Virus record (IMG/VR): IMGVR_UViG_3300033475_000014
Location: 12,770-76,769 of that record
Reading direction: 5' to 3' (one strand)
Source of the DNA: a virus
Lineage: Duplodnaviria; Caudoviricetes
Length of the DNA: 64,000 nucleotides
Shown piece after piece: positions 20,520 to 29,107 of this stretch. The notes below the pieces were generated by a model. The model made no database searches and was not told the origin of the DNA. It worked only from the letters and a program-made list of their open reading frames with translations. The translations under genes were made by a program, and so were the position numbers. Position 1 is the first letter of the stretch; every line of letters begins with the position of its first letter.

Positions 20520-20577
20520 TATAAAATAAGCCGCACGAATATGTACGGCTTAACTACCTTATAGTTGAATTGTACCA
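20520..20577 (-). promoter_or_regulatory. Module A late cassette 6 (before the portal gene)
   Basis: TGGTACAAT-6-ATAAGGTAG-AAGCCGTAC/GTGCGGCTT-ATTTT. Confidence 0.75.
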
Positions 20578-20579
20578 TA

Positions 20580-20798
20580 TTACTGGAAATAAAAGTTGTA
20601 TACTGTCTCACAACCGTGGCACTTTTTCTGCACTAACCCCATGTTTTGTGGTATCTCAAACTCTGGGTAGCCCTCACCTTGCCATACTGCTACTACATCT
20701 CTATTAACGTGGAACAAACGCGCGCGACATCGCATGCAGAAGTACGGCACGGCGTTCGCTAGGTTGCTCTTAGTTAAGATAATACTCCACGTCCACAT
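20580..20798 (-). CDS. Zinc-ribbon protein (Mu Com-like)
   Basis: CMRC...CHGC; sits between terL and portal. Confidence 0.55.
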   Translation of the reverse strand: MWTWSIILTKSNLANAVPYFCMRCRARLFHVNRDVVAVWQGEGYPEFEIPQNMGLVQKKCHGCETVYNFYFQ

Positions 20799-22420
20799 TA
20801 CATACTCCTCCAATCTCTGTCACCCGCTCCACTTAATAGCTGTTGTATGTCTATACCCGTCCCTTCAATAGTACCATCACTTTTACCAACCCACTCAACT
20901 TTGGCTCTCTCTCCCTCTGGAGGGTTTCTATCAATAAACCCATTAGCTATCTCGTATTCTCCCTTGTAGTTTACTGCAAAGAACTCTGTCTGTGTCCTAT
21001 GGTGAGATGTCCAGTCGTGTACAGGCTTTGTAATAGGAGTTACCGACTGGCTTGTCTCTTCACGCTTAGGGTAGTGAGCGTTCTTTATACATTCAATCCA
21101 CCACTTGACGCCTGGGGTGTCATTAGCTACTAGATGAGTGAATAAGCGTCTTGTGGCATCCCTACGGTGTACCCAGTCGTTTTCCATATCATTTACTTGT
21201 ACATCTATTCCGTGGTCTTCAAGTATCTTGTATGGGCTCACACCTGATTCGATATGTCGCTGCTTACCTGACGGGTCACCAAAGATAATGTCCTTACGCC
21301 ATTTCTTGGCCTTTTCAATGAATTCTAGTTGTTTGTCTGTGTATACAAAGTTATGCTGGCCTCCACACCAAGGGCACTCAGGTACGTTCACGCAGTCCTC
21401 TAGCCCTAAGAACGGGAAGTACCATTCCATAATGTGATCTGATTCCTCATGTGCATCTATCATAGCTACCCAATCACTATTCTTAATAGGCTGGTAATAT
21501 CCTAACGATACAGCATCTAGCCCTAAGTCCATCGCTACGTACATAGGAAGCTCCTCATCATATTCAACCAGCTGAATAGGAACGCTGGCAATCTCTGGGT
21601 ATGGCCTACCAGTCTTTGAGTATTCCCAACTAATATCTATTTCGTGTAAGACTTCTTCTTCACTGCGCCTAGACTTCTCATACTCGTACCACTTCTGATC
21701 CTTATGTGGGTGAAGTGACCAGTGCCACGTCCTCACTAAAACCTTCTCAGAGAAGCGTAACGTCTTAGCGTAGGATGGTTCATCAGGCGGTGTGGTAACC
21801 CCGTGACGGCAGTGTGTGGCGTCACCTGCGGCCGTCCATGAGCTTCTAGCGTCAGGCCAGAAACCTATCTCGTCAAAGAATACATCCTTATAGCGACCAC
21901 CACGAGAGAAGTTCTTGTTTGAGCTTTCGCCTTTAAGTACATTACCGTTCTCTGGGTTTACTAGCTTCATGTATGTTCGATGCTTCTTAGTATCAAAGCC
22001 CTCCGGTAGAATGAGTGGGTCTTTTATGTTCTGTATGAAATAATCCAGCTTCCCATATAAAGAAGCCAGAGTACCATCGTCTACATACTCTTCTTTACGT
22101 GAACCTAAAAGTCCTTGATACCCTTCTTCAAACAGCCAAAACCAAAAACGTACAGCCAACGCAAGCCACGATACCCCCATATCCCTAGACTTCTCATCCA
22201 GTACGTCATAGCCCTCTCTAATAGCCTTTACAAGCCCTACAACGTATTCTTTCTGGAAATCATATAGCTTAAAGGGCAGGTTGTGTGGGTAAGCCTCAGG
22301 ACGTGGGTCAAACGTGTAGAGATAGTGCTCGATAAAGAACACACAATCTTTACGTGCCTGACGCCTATCAGACTCATCAAGGAGCTCAATCAGATAGTTT
22401 CTGTCGCTCAAGTTCGTCAT
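20798..22420 (-). CDS. terL: Terminase large subunit (module A)
   Basis: EKSRDMGVSW Walker A-like motif, FFDEIGF Walker B, nuclease AMDLG and FGDPSG. Confidence 0.9.
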   Translation of the reverse strand: MTNLSDRNYLIELLDESDRRQARKDCVFFIEHYLYTFDPRPEAYPHNLPFKLYDFQKEYVVGLVKAIREGYDVLDEKSRDMGVSWLALAVRFWFWLFEEGYQGLLGSRKEEYVDDGTLASLYGKLDYFIQNIKDPLILPEGFDTKKHRTYMKLVNPENGNVLKGESSNKNFSRGGRYKDVFFDEIGFWPDARSSWTAAGDATHCRHGVTTPPDEPSYAKTLRFSEKVLVRTWHWSLHPHKDQKWYEYEKSRRSEEEVLHEIDISWEYSKTGRPYPEIASVPIQLVEYDEELPMYVAMDLGLDAVSLGYYQPIKNSDWVAMIDAHEESDHIMEWYFPFLGLEDCVNVPECPWCGGQHNFVYTDKQLEFIEKAKKWRKDIIFGDPSGKQRHIESGVSPYKILEDHGIDVQVNDMENDWVHRRDATRRLFTHLVANDTPGVKWWIECIKNAHYPKREETSQSVTPITKPVHDWTSHHRTQTEFFAVNYKGEYEIANGFIDRNPPEGERAKVEWVGKSDGTIEGTGIDIQQLLSGAGDRDWRSM

Positions 22421-22799
22421 TTATACGGCTACGCAGTTCTTCATCTGTAAGTTGCTTTGCTTTATTAATACTTTCACCAGCACTTGTAATATCTGTTTCA
22501 GTCTTTTCAACATATCCATGCTTACCACTGAGTATAAGCTTAGCAATAGTAGCGTTATACTTTCCTAGGATAGAGTTTTGTATCAGCTTTTGCCCTTGGG
22601 CTTGACGTAATTCCTCAACGATGTCGGAAAACTCTTTATTATCTTTTTCCCATTGGTATATTGTGTCTCTGTTAATATGTAACGCAAGTGCGAGCCCCTC
22701 TATTGTTGGTAAGAGGGTATGGATACTCACGTCTATCTCTTTCAAGTATTTACGAGCTTCCTCAATTAGTTCTGGTGTAAGCTTTGTAGGTCTAGCCAT
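22386..22799 (-). CDS. terS: Terminase small subunit (module A)
   Basis: MARPTKLTPEL...PTIEGLALAL HTH, directly upstream of terL. Confidence 0.8.
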   Translation of the reverse strand: MARPTKLTPELIEEARKYLKEIDVSIHTLLPTIEGLALALHINRDTIYQWEKDNKEFSDIVEELRQAQGQKLIQNSILGKYNATIAKLILSGKHGYVEKTETDITSAGESINKAKQLTDEELRSRINDELERQKLSD

Positions 22800-23003
22800 A
22801 TCTATCATCAATATAGCACAATAACCAGAATTAACTGGCCTATTTATCATTTAATTGTAGTATCACGATGACCTGTCACAAGCTTTCAAGTAGTAGCACA
22901 CGTGTTAAGGGTGAATACTTCTATTTTAGCATAAAGAAAGCCCCCTACAGTATGTAGAGGACAATCAGTCGTGACCACGAAGGTACTTATATTATAGCAC
23001 TAT

Positions 23004-23354
23004 TTACTCACCTTCTATACCTGAGGCCTTCTTAGCAGCTTCAATCGCTTGTATTCGTGCATTTGCATACCCATCGTTATATTCTTTGGAGACAAATCCA
23101 CGCCAGTCTTGCAATCCGATCATGAACTTCTCGTACCATTCTTTACCTGTCATCCTTTTGTCTTTATCAGGGAACTCAGATTTAAGCTGTTCCGTTGTTA
23201 CGACTCTAGTGCTGTAGACGCTAGCATCTCGCCATCCTTCGTCTACGAATAACTGTCTGATAGCCCATACTGGATTTGATATAGGCTCGATCATATTATT
23301 TGAGTAGTCACATCGCGCAATTATCTCTTCTAGCTTCTTATCTAAATCTGACAT
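23004..23354 (-). CDS. Hypothetical protein, FVDEGW/MTGxEWY family
   Basis: Paralogous to 59331-59705 and 62481-62858. Confidence 0.65.
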   Translation of the reverse strand: MSDLDKKLEEIIARCDYSNNMIEPISNPVWAIRQLFVDEGWRDASVYSTRVVTTEQLKSEFPDKDKRMTGKEWYEKFMIGLQDWRGFVSKEYNDGYANARIQAIEAAKKASGIEGE

Positions 23355-23579
23355 TCTCTATACTCCTATATCGCTTTACTAGATAGTGTCGTAATCGAGC
23401 ATACGTTTTAAACCTCGTAACGCTCTTTGCTGGAATAGTAACCCATTCTTTAAGGTCACTCCCATCCTGCCCCGGGCCTCACACCATACCTATGTGAAGA
23501 GGCTTAAGCCACAGGTACTCAAATGGCGGCTTAGGAGGTGAGAGAGCGTATATCTTCATACCACTGCGTGGTCGTCTCA

Positions 23580-24113
23580 TTACTCTTCTTTCTGTGATTG
23601 CTTAAGGGTGGCCAATTTCTGTATTGCGTCTACAGTAAACATCCCTGGATCATTAAGCCATTTGTTTAACGTTGGTCGAGATATTCCTAATAAATCGGCT
23701 ATCCACTCACGTGTGTACAAAGGATTGCGCTTTGCATAAAATTGTCGTGCTTTTATACGTTCGCTTTTCCGTGCTTCCAAGGCTATGCGTTGGTCACGAG
23801 ATTTGATGAGGTGCACTATTAAGTCGAGTTCTTGAGATTCGTTCCTTGAGCTCTCATATAGACATCCGCCGTGATGGTTTGCTTCGCAATAGCCTAATGC
23901 ACACTTTATCTTCTGTCGTAGTCCATCCTCTTCACCAACCACTTTGAGGACTTCCTTAAGGGGGTTTTCCACAGATGGATGTAGCTCGCTTCTAAACTGT
24001 ACATATGATTTGAAGTCAAGTTCATCAAACCCATTCTCTTCTCTAATATACCCTTTGAACAGCTGTATGGCTTCGTCCAGGTTCTTAGGCTCTTTATTAG
24101 GTGTGTCTGCCAT
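23580..24113 (-). CDS. Mosaic early protein with a C-terminal HTH
   Basis: REWIADLLGISRPTLNKW HTH; shares four short blocks with 63334-63897. Confidence 0.65.
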   Translation of the reverse strand: MADTPNKEPKNLDEAIQLFKGYIREENGFDELDFKSYVQFRSELHPSVENPLKEVLKVVGEEDGLRQKIKCALGYCEANHHGGCLYESSRNESQELDLIVHLIKSRDQRIALEARKSERIKARQFYAKRNPLYTREWIADLLGISRPTLNKWLNDPGMFTVDAIQKLATLKQSQKEE

Positions 24114-24216
24114 TACTTTGCCTCCAATAGCTCACTATTTTCGTAGATGTTGCCGATGACTTCGACATACTGAGCCGTCTGATGCGCGTTCATAGGGCTC
24201 CAGTTAGTACCGTCTG
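24090..24216 (+). repeat. Direct repeat copy 1 (at least 127 bp, identical to 63874-64000)
   Basis: Base-by-base comparison; offset 39,784 bp. Confidence 0.95.
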
Positions 24217-24604
24217 CCCAAGGTGCCGCATGATCCAGTTCAAACCAAGCGCCTTCGGCCGACCATCGAACCTGGAATAGTCGTGACGATGGCTCTTTAT
24301 CCTTCCATTCTGGTGCTGCCTCATGGCGACGGACGACATCCCCCTCATAAATCTCCACACCGTTCTTGTCTTTGAGGCCGGTGTATTGCATGAGGTATAC
24401 TGTATTGTTATCGGAATAGAAGTTGCCATAGTCATCTTTGCGCCAGTTACTATTAGGTGAATAGTGAAATTCTCGAAACGGTAGTACTACCGATAAGCCC
24501 ATTGCGTGGTGCCAAGTAGTTATTTGCTCTAGCATCTTCTTTGCTACGCTGTCCCACGCTCTGAATTTAATTTCTCGTTGTTTACTCACGTCATTAACTC
24601 CCAT
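24113..24604 (-). CDS. YopX-family protein
   Basis: REIKFRAWD...LMQYTGLKDKNGVEIYEGD...EVIGNIYEN. Confidence 0.9.
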   Translation of the reverse strand: MGVNDVSKQREIKFRAWDSVAKKMLEQITTWHHAMGLSVVLPFREFHYSPNSNWRKDDYGNFYSDNNTVYLMQYTGLKDKNGVEIYEGDVVRRHEAAPEWKDKEPSSRLFQVRWSAEGAWFELDHAAPWADGTNWSPMNAHQTAQYVEVIGNIYENSELLEAK

Positions 24605-24961
24605 AAGATTACTTGTTATTCTTGTATTTTCGCTGTATCAATATTGGTCGCCCCATAGTTCGATGTTTGTACCACCTCCAAAATTGTATTCGTTTACCTA
24701 GATACTCTAGCGTGTCGATTTCTTGCAGAGGAGAGCTGGTATAATCCATTATCCGCCCGTATGTTATGAGGTGTTTAATTTGCTACTCCCATAAGATTTG
24801 ATTAGGCATCATTTCTCCAGACATATTTAATTGCTACTGATAGAGCGGATGCTGCTATTAGAAACAAATATAGGTCTGAGTTCTTAGTATCGGTAAAGGC
24901 GTCGAGTATGAGCGCCTCGATAAATCCCACTACAATGATGAGCTTCGGAACCGAAACTGTC

Positions 24962-25156
24962 TTACTCATCGCTTATCTTCTCCCTCAACCTTATTCGATT
25001 AAGTGTTTGCTCGATCTGTGCTTCTGTTGCTGGTTGCCGTAGTGTGTTTTTGTGCCAGTAGTAGACATGAACGGCAATTACATGCTTCCATAACCATTTG
25101 CGGCGCTTATACGATTTTTCGCACTTAGGGCAACGGAAAATACTATGGTCGCTCAT
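24962..25156 (-). CDS. Small C2H2 zinc-finger protein
   Basis: CPKCEKSYKRRKWLWKHVIAVH. Confidence 0.6.
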   Translation of the reverse strand: MSDHSIFRCPKCEKSYKRRKWLWKHVIAVHVYYWHKNTLRQPATEAQIEQTLNRIRLREKISDE

Positions 25157-25212
25157 TTATTCTTCTCCTGTGTGAGCTGTGCATCCACATTCATCACAAC
25201 GTATTGTATGGT

Positions 25213-25578
25213 TCATAGCTTTATACCTTCCTTATCAAGAGCTAGTACAAGCTTTAGAATGGCTTTGAGAGGGGTGTCTGCAAATCCAACATTTTCATCA
25301 CCTCCATATCTGTAAGCGTAGCCGGGGATATAGGCCAACCACCCCCATCCGTGGTTATTGTGTGGCTTTAGATTTATTCCTTCCGACGGCCCATCCATAA
25401 AGCCAAATCCATTCAACTTCTCTAGTAGGTAATCTGATGTATAAATAGGGACAGAAATATCTAAATCTGGTCGATAATCTTCGTAGATTTCATGTTTCAA
25501 AGAGTTATCGTTCCACTTAGTTCGCTTATACACTTCCTTACATAGCTCAAAAAGGGAGTCTTTATCTTGTCCATCCAT
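25213..25578 (-). CDS. Hypothetical phage protein
   Basis: PIYTSDYLLEKL...ADTPLKAILKL, a pattern seen in phage early genes. Confidence 0.6.
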   Translation of the reverse strand: MDGQDKDSLFELCKEVYKRTKWNDNSLKHEIYEDYRPDLDISVPIYTSDYLLEKLNGFGFMDGPSEGINLKPHNNHGWGWLAYIPGYAYRYGGDENVGFADTPLKAILKLVLALDKEGIKL

Positions 25579-26104
25579 AGTATTGTCCTTTCATAGCCTT
25601 TTCTAATGGCATATTTTTTATTCGTGCATATAAGGTTGTATACTTTAGATTTAGTAAATCAGCCCATTGTGCAATCGTTTTACTTTCACCTTCAAACTCT
25701 ATCCAATGGTTACGACGTGTGTTGTTGCTTTGCACTTTTTGAGTTACCCAGCGACAATTACTTGGTTCATAATTGCCATTGTTATCTTCTCGGTCAAGAG
25801 TACCATCAATGGGTCTATTCCCCATATCTGCTAAGAAATTACTGAACTTTAGCCACCGTTCGCATACCTGAATACCCCTGCCGCCATAAAACTTATAGAG
25901 TTTACTATTGGGATTTGTGCAACGCTGTACCATAGCGCCCCAAACAAAGTATTCGGGTGTTGCTGATAATCCATGCATACCTCTAATGGTATCTACTGAT
26001 CCTGTTCTATGAAACTGCATGTAATGTTTAGAACACATACCAAATCCTGCCCCACGGCCTCGTGTATTGTCACAACCATCTACTTCGCATAGTTCGTTAT
26101 CCAT
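25562..26104 (-). CDS. HNH endonuclease (YGGRGI type)
   Basis: RCTNPN...YGGRGIQVCERW...TLDREDNNGNYEPSNCRW. Confidence 0.85.
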   Translation of the reverse strand: MDNELCEVDGCDNTRGRGAGFGMCSKHYMQFHRTGSVDTIRGMHGLSATPEYFVWGAMVQRCTNPNSKLYKFYGGRGIQVCERWLKFSNFLADMGNRPIDGTLDREDNNGNYEPSNCRWVTQKVQSNNTRRNHWIEFEGESKTIAQWADLLNLKYTTLYARIKNMPLEKAMKGQYYGWTR

Positions 26105-26411
26105 TGTTCTTTTCCTTTTGAGATTCCAACTCATCAATTCGCTCTTGGATGTATTCTGGATTAATCTCAAGGTTGCCCTCTGCATTCATGTAAAGACCCT
26201 GACGACCCTTGAGCCTTTTCCATACTGCTAGCTGTCCTTCTAGCTCACGACGATCGCCGTAGGACTCTACAGTAGTCAGGACTTCTCGTTTTGCTTTACG
26301 AAAGTCTATGTTAGCGAGTTCTTCATCGTCATGGCCGAGCATCCAGTCGATAAGGTTATCAAGTGCTTTATCTATGTCATATAGTGCTGATGTAGTAGGT
26401 GAGTTAGGCAT
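26097..26411 (-). CDS. Hypothetical protein
   Basis: 104 aa, coupled ORF. Confidence 0.55.
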   Translation of the reverse strand: MPNSPTTSALYDIDKALDNLIDWMLGHDDEELANIDFRKAKREVLTTVESYGDRRELEGQLAVWKRLKGRQGLYMNAEGNLEINPEYIQERIDELESQKEKNNG

Positions 26412-26416
26412 TCTCT

Positions 26417-26734
26417 TTACTCCTTATCCTTGTTGTATTCATTTACTGCGCTCTCTAGACTCTTACTGAACATTTTGACACTGTCTTTTTTACCAGAAAC
26501 TTCAAAGTATATAGTCTGTCGTAATAGCCTCTTGTCTACACGTATGATCTTTAGGTCAACATTGCAGTTGATAGCTAGTGTAAATAAGAACTCTTCTGAA
26601 CCCGCCCACTTAAGAGAAGATAAATAGCTCTTGAATGTATAGATCTTATTATCTTGTGAAAGAATACTATTAACTTTCTTAAGATAGTCCGTTATATATG
26701 GTGGGGCTGATTGTTGTAATTCATAAGGGTTCAT
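26417..26734 (-). CDS. Hypothetical protein
   Basis: 105 aa ORF in the early operon. Confidence 0.5.
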   Translation of the reverse strand: MNPYELQQSAPPYITDYLKKVNSILSQDNKIYTFKSYLSSLKWAGSEEFLFTLAINCNVDLKIIRVDKRLLRQTIYFEVSGKKDSVKMFSKSLESAVNEYNKDKE

Positions 26735-26901
26735 TTCAGCTTATCCTCTTGTTGAACTTAATATGTGTATTCTTCGGTTGTATACGCTTGCCGTTCTTTA
26801 TAAGCTGAATGAATCCTGCGCTACCTGTCTTCACTTCGTAGTTATCGTATGACTTCTTGATGCGATTTGGTACACGCCTCATTTCTTATCCTTTACTGGA
26901 G

Positions 26902-27090
26902 TTATTGCCAATTTGAACTAAATACACTTAAGTCTGTGTAGCGTATAGGTTTACGGGTAGGGTTGATAGGAAAGAACTCTACGCTTTTCTGACCGAACTT
27001 ACTGTTTAGATAGCCCCAGTAGCTCTTACCTTGCTTGTAACCGTTGCTACCGTCTTTGCCAAGGAACTTGTATCTGCGCATATTATTCAT
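26902..27090 (-). CDS. Hypothetical protein
   Basis: 62 aa, YKFLGKDGSNGY. Confidence 0.5.
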   Translation of the reverse strand: MNNMRRYKFLGKDGSNGYKQGKSYWGYLNSKFGQKSVEFFPINPTRKPIRYTDLSVFSSNWQ

Positions 27091-27235
27091 CTCCTAAGAT
27101 TCTAGTAGGGTCTGGTTTAGTCCAGCCTGCTTTAATAAAGGCGTCTTTGATTTCTTCTATAAGTATCGTGTTACTCGAGGTGCCTTGTGAATAGTCGGTG
27201 GCAGCATCTAATATCTTGTCATCTAAATCGTCCAT
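27083..27235 (-). CDS. 50-aa truncated FVDEGW-family paralog
   Basis: MDDLDDKI...IKDAFIKAGW. Confidence 0.5.
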   Translation of the reverse strand: MDDLDDKILDAATDYSQGTSSNTILIEEIKDAFIKAGWTKPDPTRILGDE

Positions 27236-27480
27236 TACTTAATCTCCTTAGGCTTCTCGACGGTTATCTTAAGAACAGTTTCGTTATACTGGAAGTTTAC
27301 CCATTGAGATAGCTTCAATGACGTTGACGCGATTACTTCATCACGTCTATCATTTGCTTCTCTTACAGCTTCTTTAATAGCGTCATCAAATGCCTGATTG
27401 ATAGATTGTTTGACTGCACTATCAATACTCTCTCGTAATGCATCCAAGATGGTGTCATTACTTCCTTTAGATATACTCAT
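27235..27480 (-). CDS. Hypothetical protein
   Basis: 81 aa, coupled ORF. Confidence 0.55.
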   Translation of the reverse strand: MSISKGSNDTILDALRESIDSAVKQSINQAFDDAIKEAVREANDRRDEVIASTSLKLSQWVNFQYNETVLKITVEKPKEIK

Positions 27481-27854
27481 TTAACCTCTTTTACCTTTCC
27501 CTTATAATCCTTAATCAACATTTCCAACTCGCCATCTGTCCACTTATAAGGAGTTTTCATACTCTCCAAGATGTCGATGGTTTGCTGTCCATATTTTTCA
27601 AGCATAAACCTGTAATATCCTGTTAAATTGCCCTCATCAAACCTATTACAGCTTGAGCATTGGGCGTGTACGTTTCTTTCATCCCACCTAGTCGCCATCC
27701 ATCTTCGGTTAATAAAGTGGCCAGCATCAGCGAGTGAGTAGGGTTTTAGGTGTCCGCAAGAACAACATACAAAATGCCCGTCTTTTGAATCCCTCAACCG
27801 TATGTATTGAGAAAATATCTTATCTAACTTCTTAATGAGCTGTTTATTGGCCAC
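27477..27854 (-). CDS. ninG: NinG/Rap-family endonuclease
   Basis: LDKIFSQYIRLRD...CCSCG...DAGHF...NVHAQCSSCN. Confidence 0.85.
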   Translation of the reverse strand: MANKQLIKKLDKIFSQYIRLRDSKDGHFVCCSCGHLKPYSLADAGHFINRRWMATRWDERNVHAQCSSCNRFDEGNLTGYYRFMLEKYGQQTIDILESMKTPYKWTDGELEMLIKDYKGKVKEVK

Positions 27855-27869
27855 GTCTCTCCTTTTGTG

Positions 27870-28090
27870 AACTTTTATGGTCAGCTAGTAGCAACTAAAA
27901 CTCCCCAGTCGGTTCGCCGCCGGTTTGTCACCGAATACACGGGATTGCTACTAGCTGTATTGAAGTGGCCCGTTGCAGGTACGCCCTTCAATATGGTTGA
28001 CGAGACAAATCCTGACAGTTACGGGTTTAAATCCCAGCTCGTGATGTGTCGCGACACGCAGAGCGAATATCTCCCACTTATCTCGCCATA
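27870..28090 (-). ncRNA. Structured non-coding leader upstream of ninG (three stem domains)
   Basis: 13-bp perfect stem CAGCTAGTAGCAA/TTGCTACTAGCTG, stem ATTGAAG/CTTCAAT, stem CGAGATAAGT/ATTTGTCTCG. Confidence 0.55.
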
Positions 28091-28103
28091 AAAATTCACA
28101 ATA

Positions 28104-28213
28104 GATTGAGCGCATGGTGTCGGAAACAAGGTCATCGAGCCTGCTCGCCGTTCCCTATGGGTTAAAGGTCTACGTCCAGAATCATTTCCGACACTACTAC
28201 ACTCAATCATTCA
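28104..28213 (-). ncRNA. Long-stem RNA element, copy 1
   Basis: TGAATGATTGAGTGTAGTAGTGTCGGAAA...TTTCCGACACCATGCGCTCAATC; homologous outer stem at 30851-30976. Confidence 0.65.
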
Positions 28214-28266
28214 AATTGTTAAGGTATTGGCGGCCCTCGCATAGCCGCCAACTGGTTTTCTACTAA

Positions 28267-28439
28267 GGGTGAGGCAAGGATTTGACGAGAGACAGCTCCC
28301 ACTGTCGTTGCCATCAATATGGGTGGACTTGTTACTCGTATAGTTACCTTGCATAAGGACCGTCGATGTACCGGCGGACTTGCCATCCATGTCGCTGAGC
28401 GTGAATGTAGCTAGCGTCTACCTATTCCGCCACTCACCC
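28267..28439 (-). ncRNA. tRNA-like RNA with large insertions and no assignable anticodon
   Basis: Acceptor stem GGGTGAG/CTCACCC, Leu/Ser-type D arm GCGGAATAGGTAGACGC, T stem GCAAGG/CCTTGC ending CAAAT. Confidence 0.65.
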
Positions 28440-28445
28440 TGGTTG

Positions 28446-28703
28446 TTAAATACTCTTTGCACTTTCTACGGACTGCAAAAATAAATCTGTAGCTTTGTCT
28501 ATGTCATCTAGGCAAAGGCAAGCAGGATAATCCTTCTTGCAGCCTTCACACCAGACAAACCCGTTATACTTACTCCAATCTAACCAATGTGATCTGGATG
28601 ATAGGTAGCTGTCTGGGCACTCGAGTCCAAGTTCTAGTGGGGTCTTTGCCTGTTTATATTCCGCAATCCCCATAACTGCTCTTACTTTATTCTTGTTTGC
28701 CAT
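28446..28703 (-). CDS. Cys-rich hypothetical protein
   Basis: 85 aa, WCEGC...CLC. Confidence 0.55.
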   Translation of the reverse strand: MANKNKVRAVMGIAEYKQAKTPLELGLECPDSYLSSRSHWLDWSKYNGFVWCEGCKKDYPACLCLDDIDKATDLFLQSVESAKSI

Positions 28704-28798
28704 TGTTCTTCTTTCGTAATTTCTTGAAAAATGAAAGGACGTCTATATAGTCCTCTGTGTACTCGTAATGGATTTTTAACTTAGATAATTTAGATTCA

Positions 28799-29098
28799 CT
28801 ATTCGTCATCTAGTAAACTCGTAGCTTTCTTATCTGCTGGGTCAACTGTGCATAACGTTCCTACGGTCGTGCCCATTCGACTAATCTTAGTGCCGGTCTT
28901 TTCTACAAACCCAAACTTCTTCAGTTCAGATAATCTGCCAGTGATTGAGTTTATCGGCCAGCCGAGTGCATCAGCAATATCCTGAGCGCTTGGCCGCATC
29001 TGTTCCATAATCTTCAGTTGGTCGTATACAAGCCGTTGCTTCCTCCCTAAGTCTTTCAACTCGTGGTATGATTTCTTGCTTAACTCTGATACCCCCAT
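28799..29098 (-). CDS. Winged-HTH DNA-binding protein
   Basis: SAQDIADALGWPINSITGRLSELKKFGFV. Confidence 0.75.
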   Translation of the reverse strand: MGVSELSKKSYHELKDLGRKQRLVYDQLKIMEQMRPSAQDIADALGWPINSITGRLSELKKFGFVEKTGTKISRMGTTVGTLCTVDPADKKATSLLDDE

Positions 29099-29107
29099 AA
29101 CTACCTC

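Noticed and set aside
23390-23578. TGA read-through gene in the gap between 23354 and 23580
   Set aside because: Short ORFs exist in two frames but resemble nothing I recognise; one in-frame TGA is not enough evidence.
28267-28439. tmRNA or tRNA-Sec
   Set aside because: Lacks the tmRNA GGGG 5' end and tag ORF; no UCA anticodon arm or 8-bp acceptor stem.
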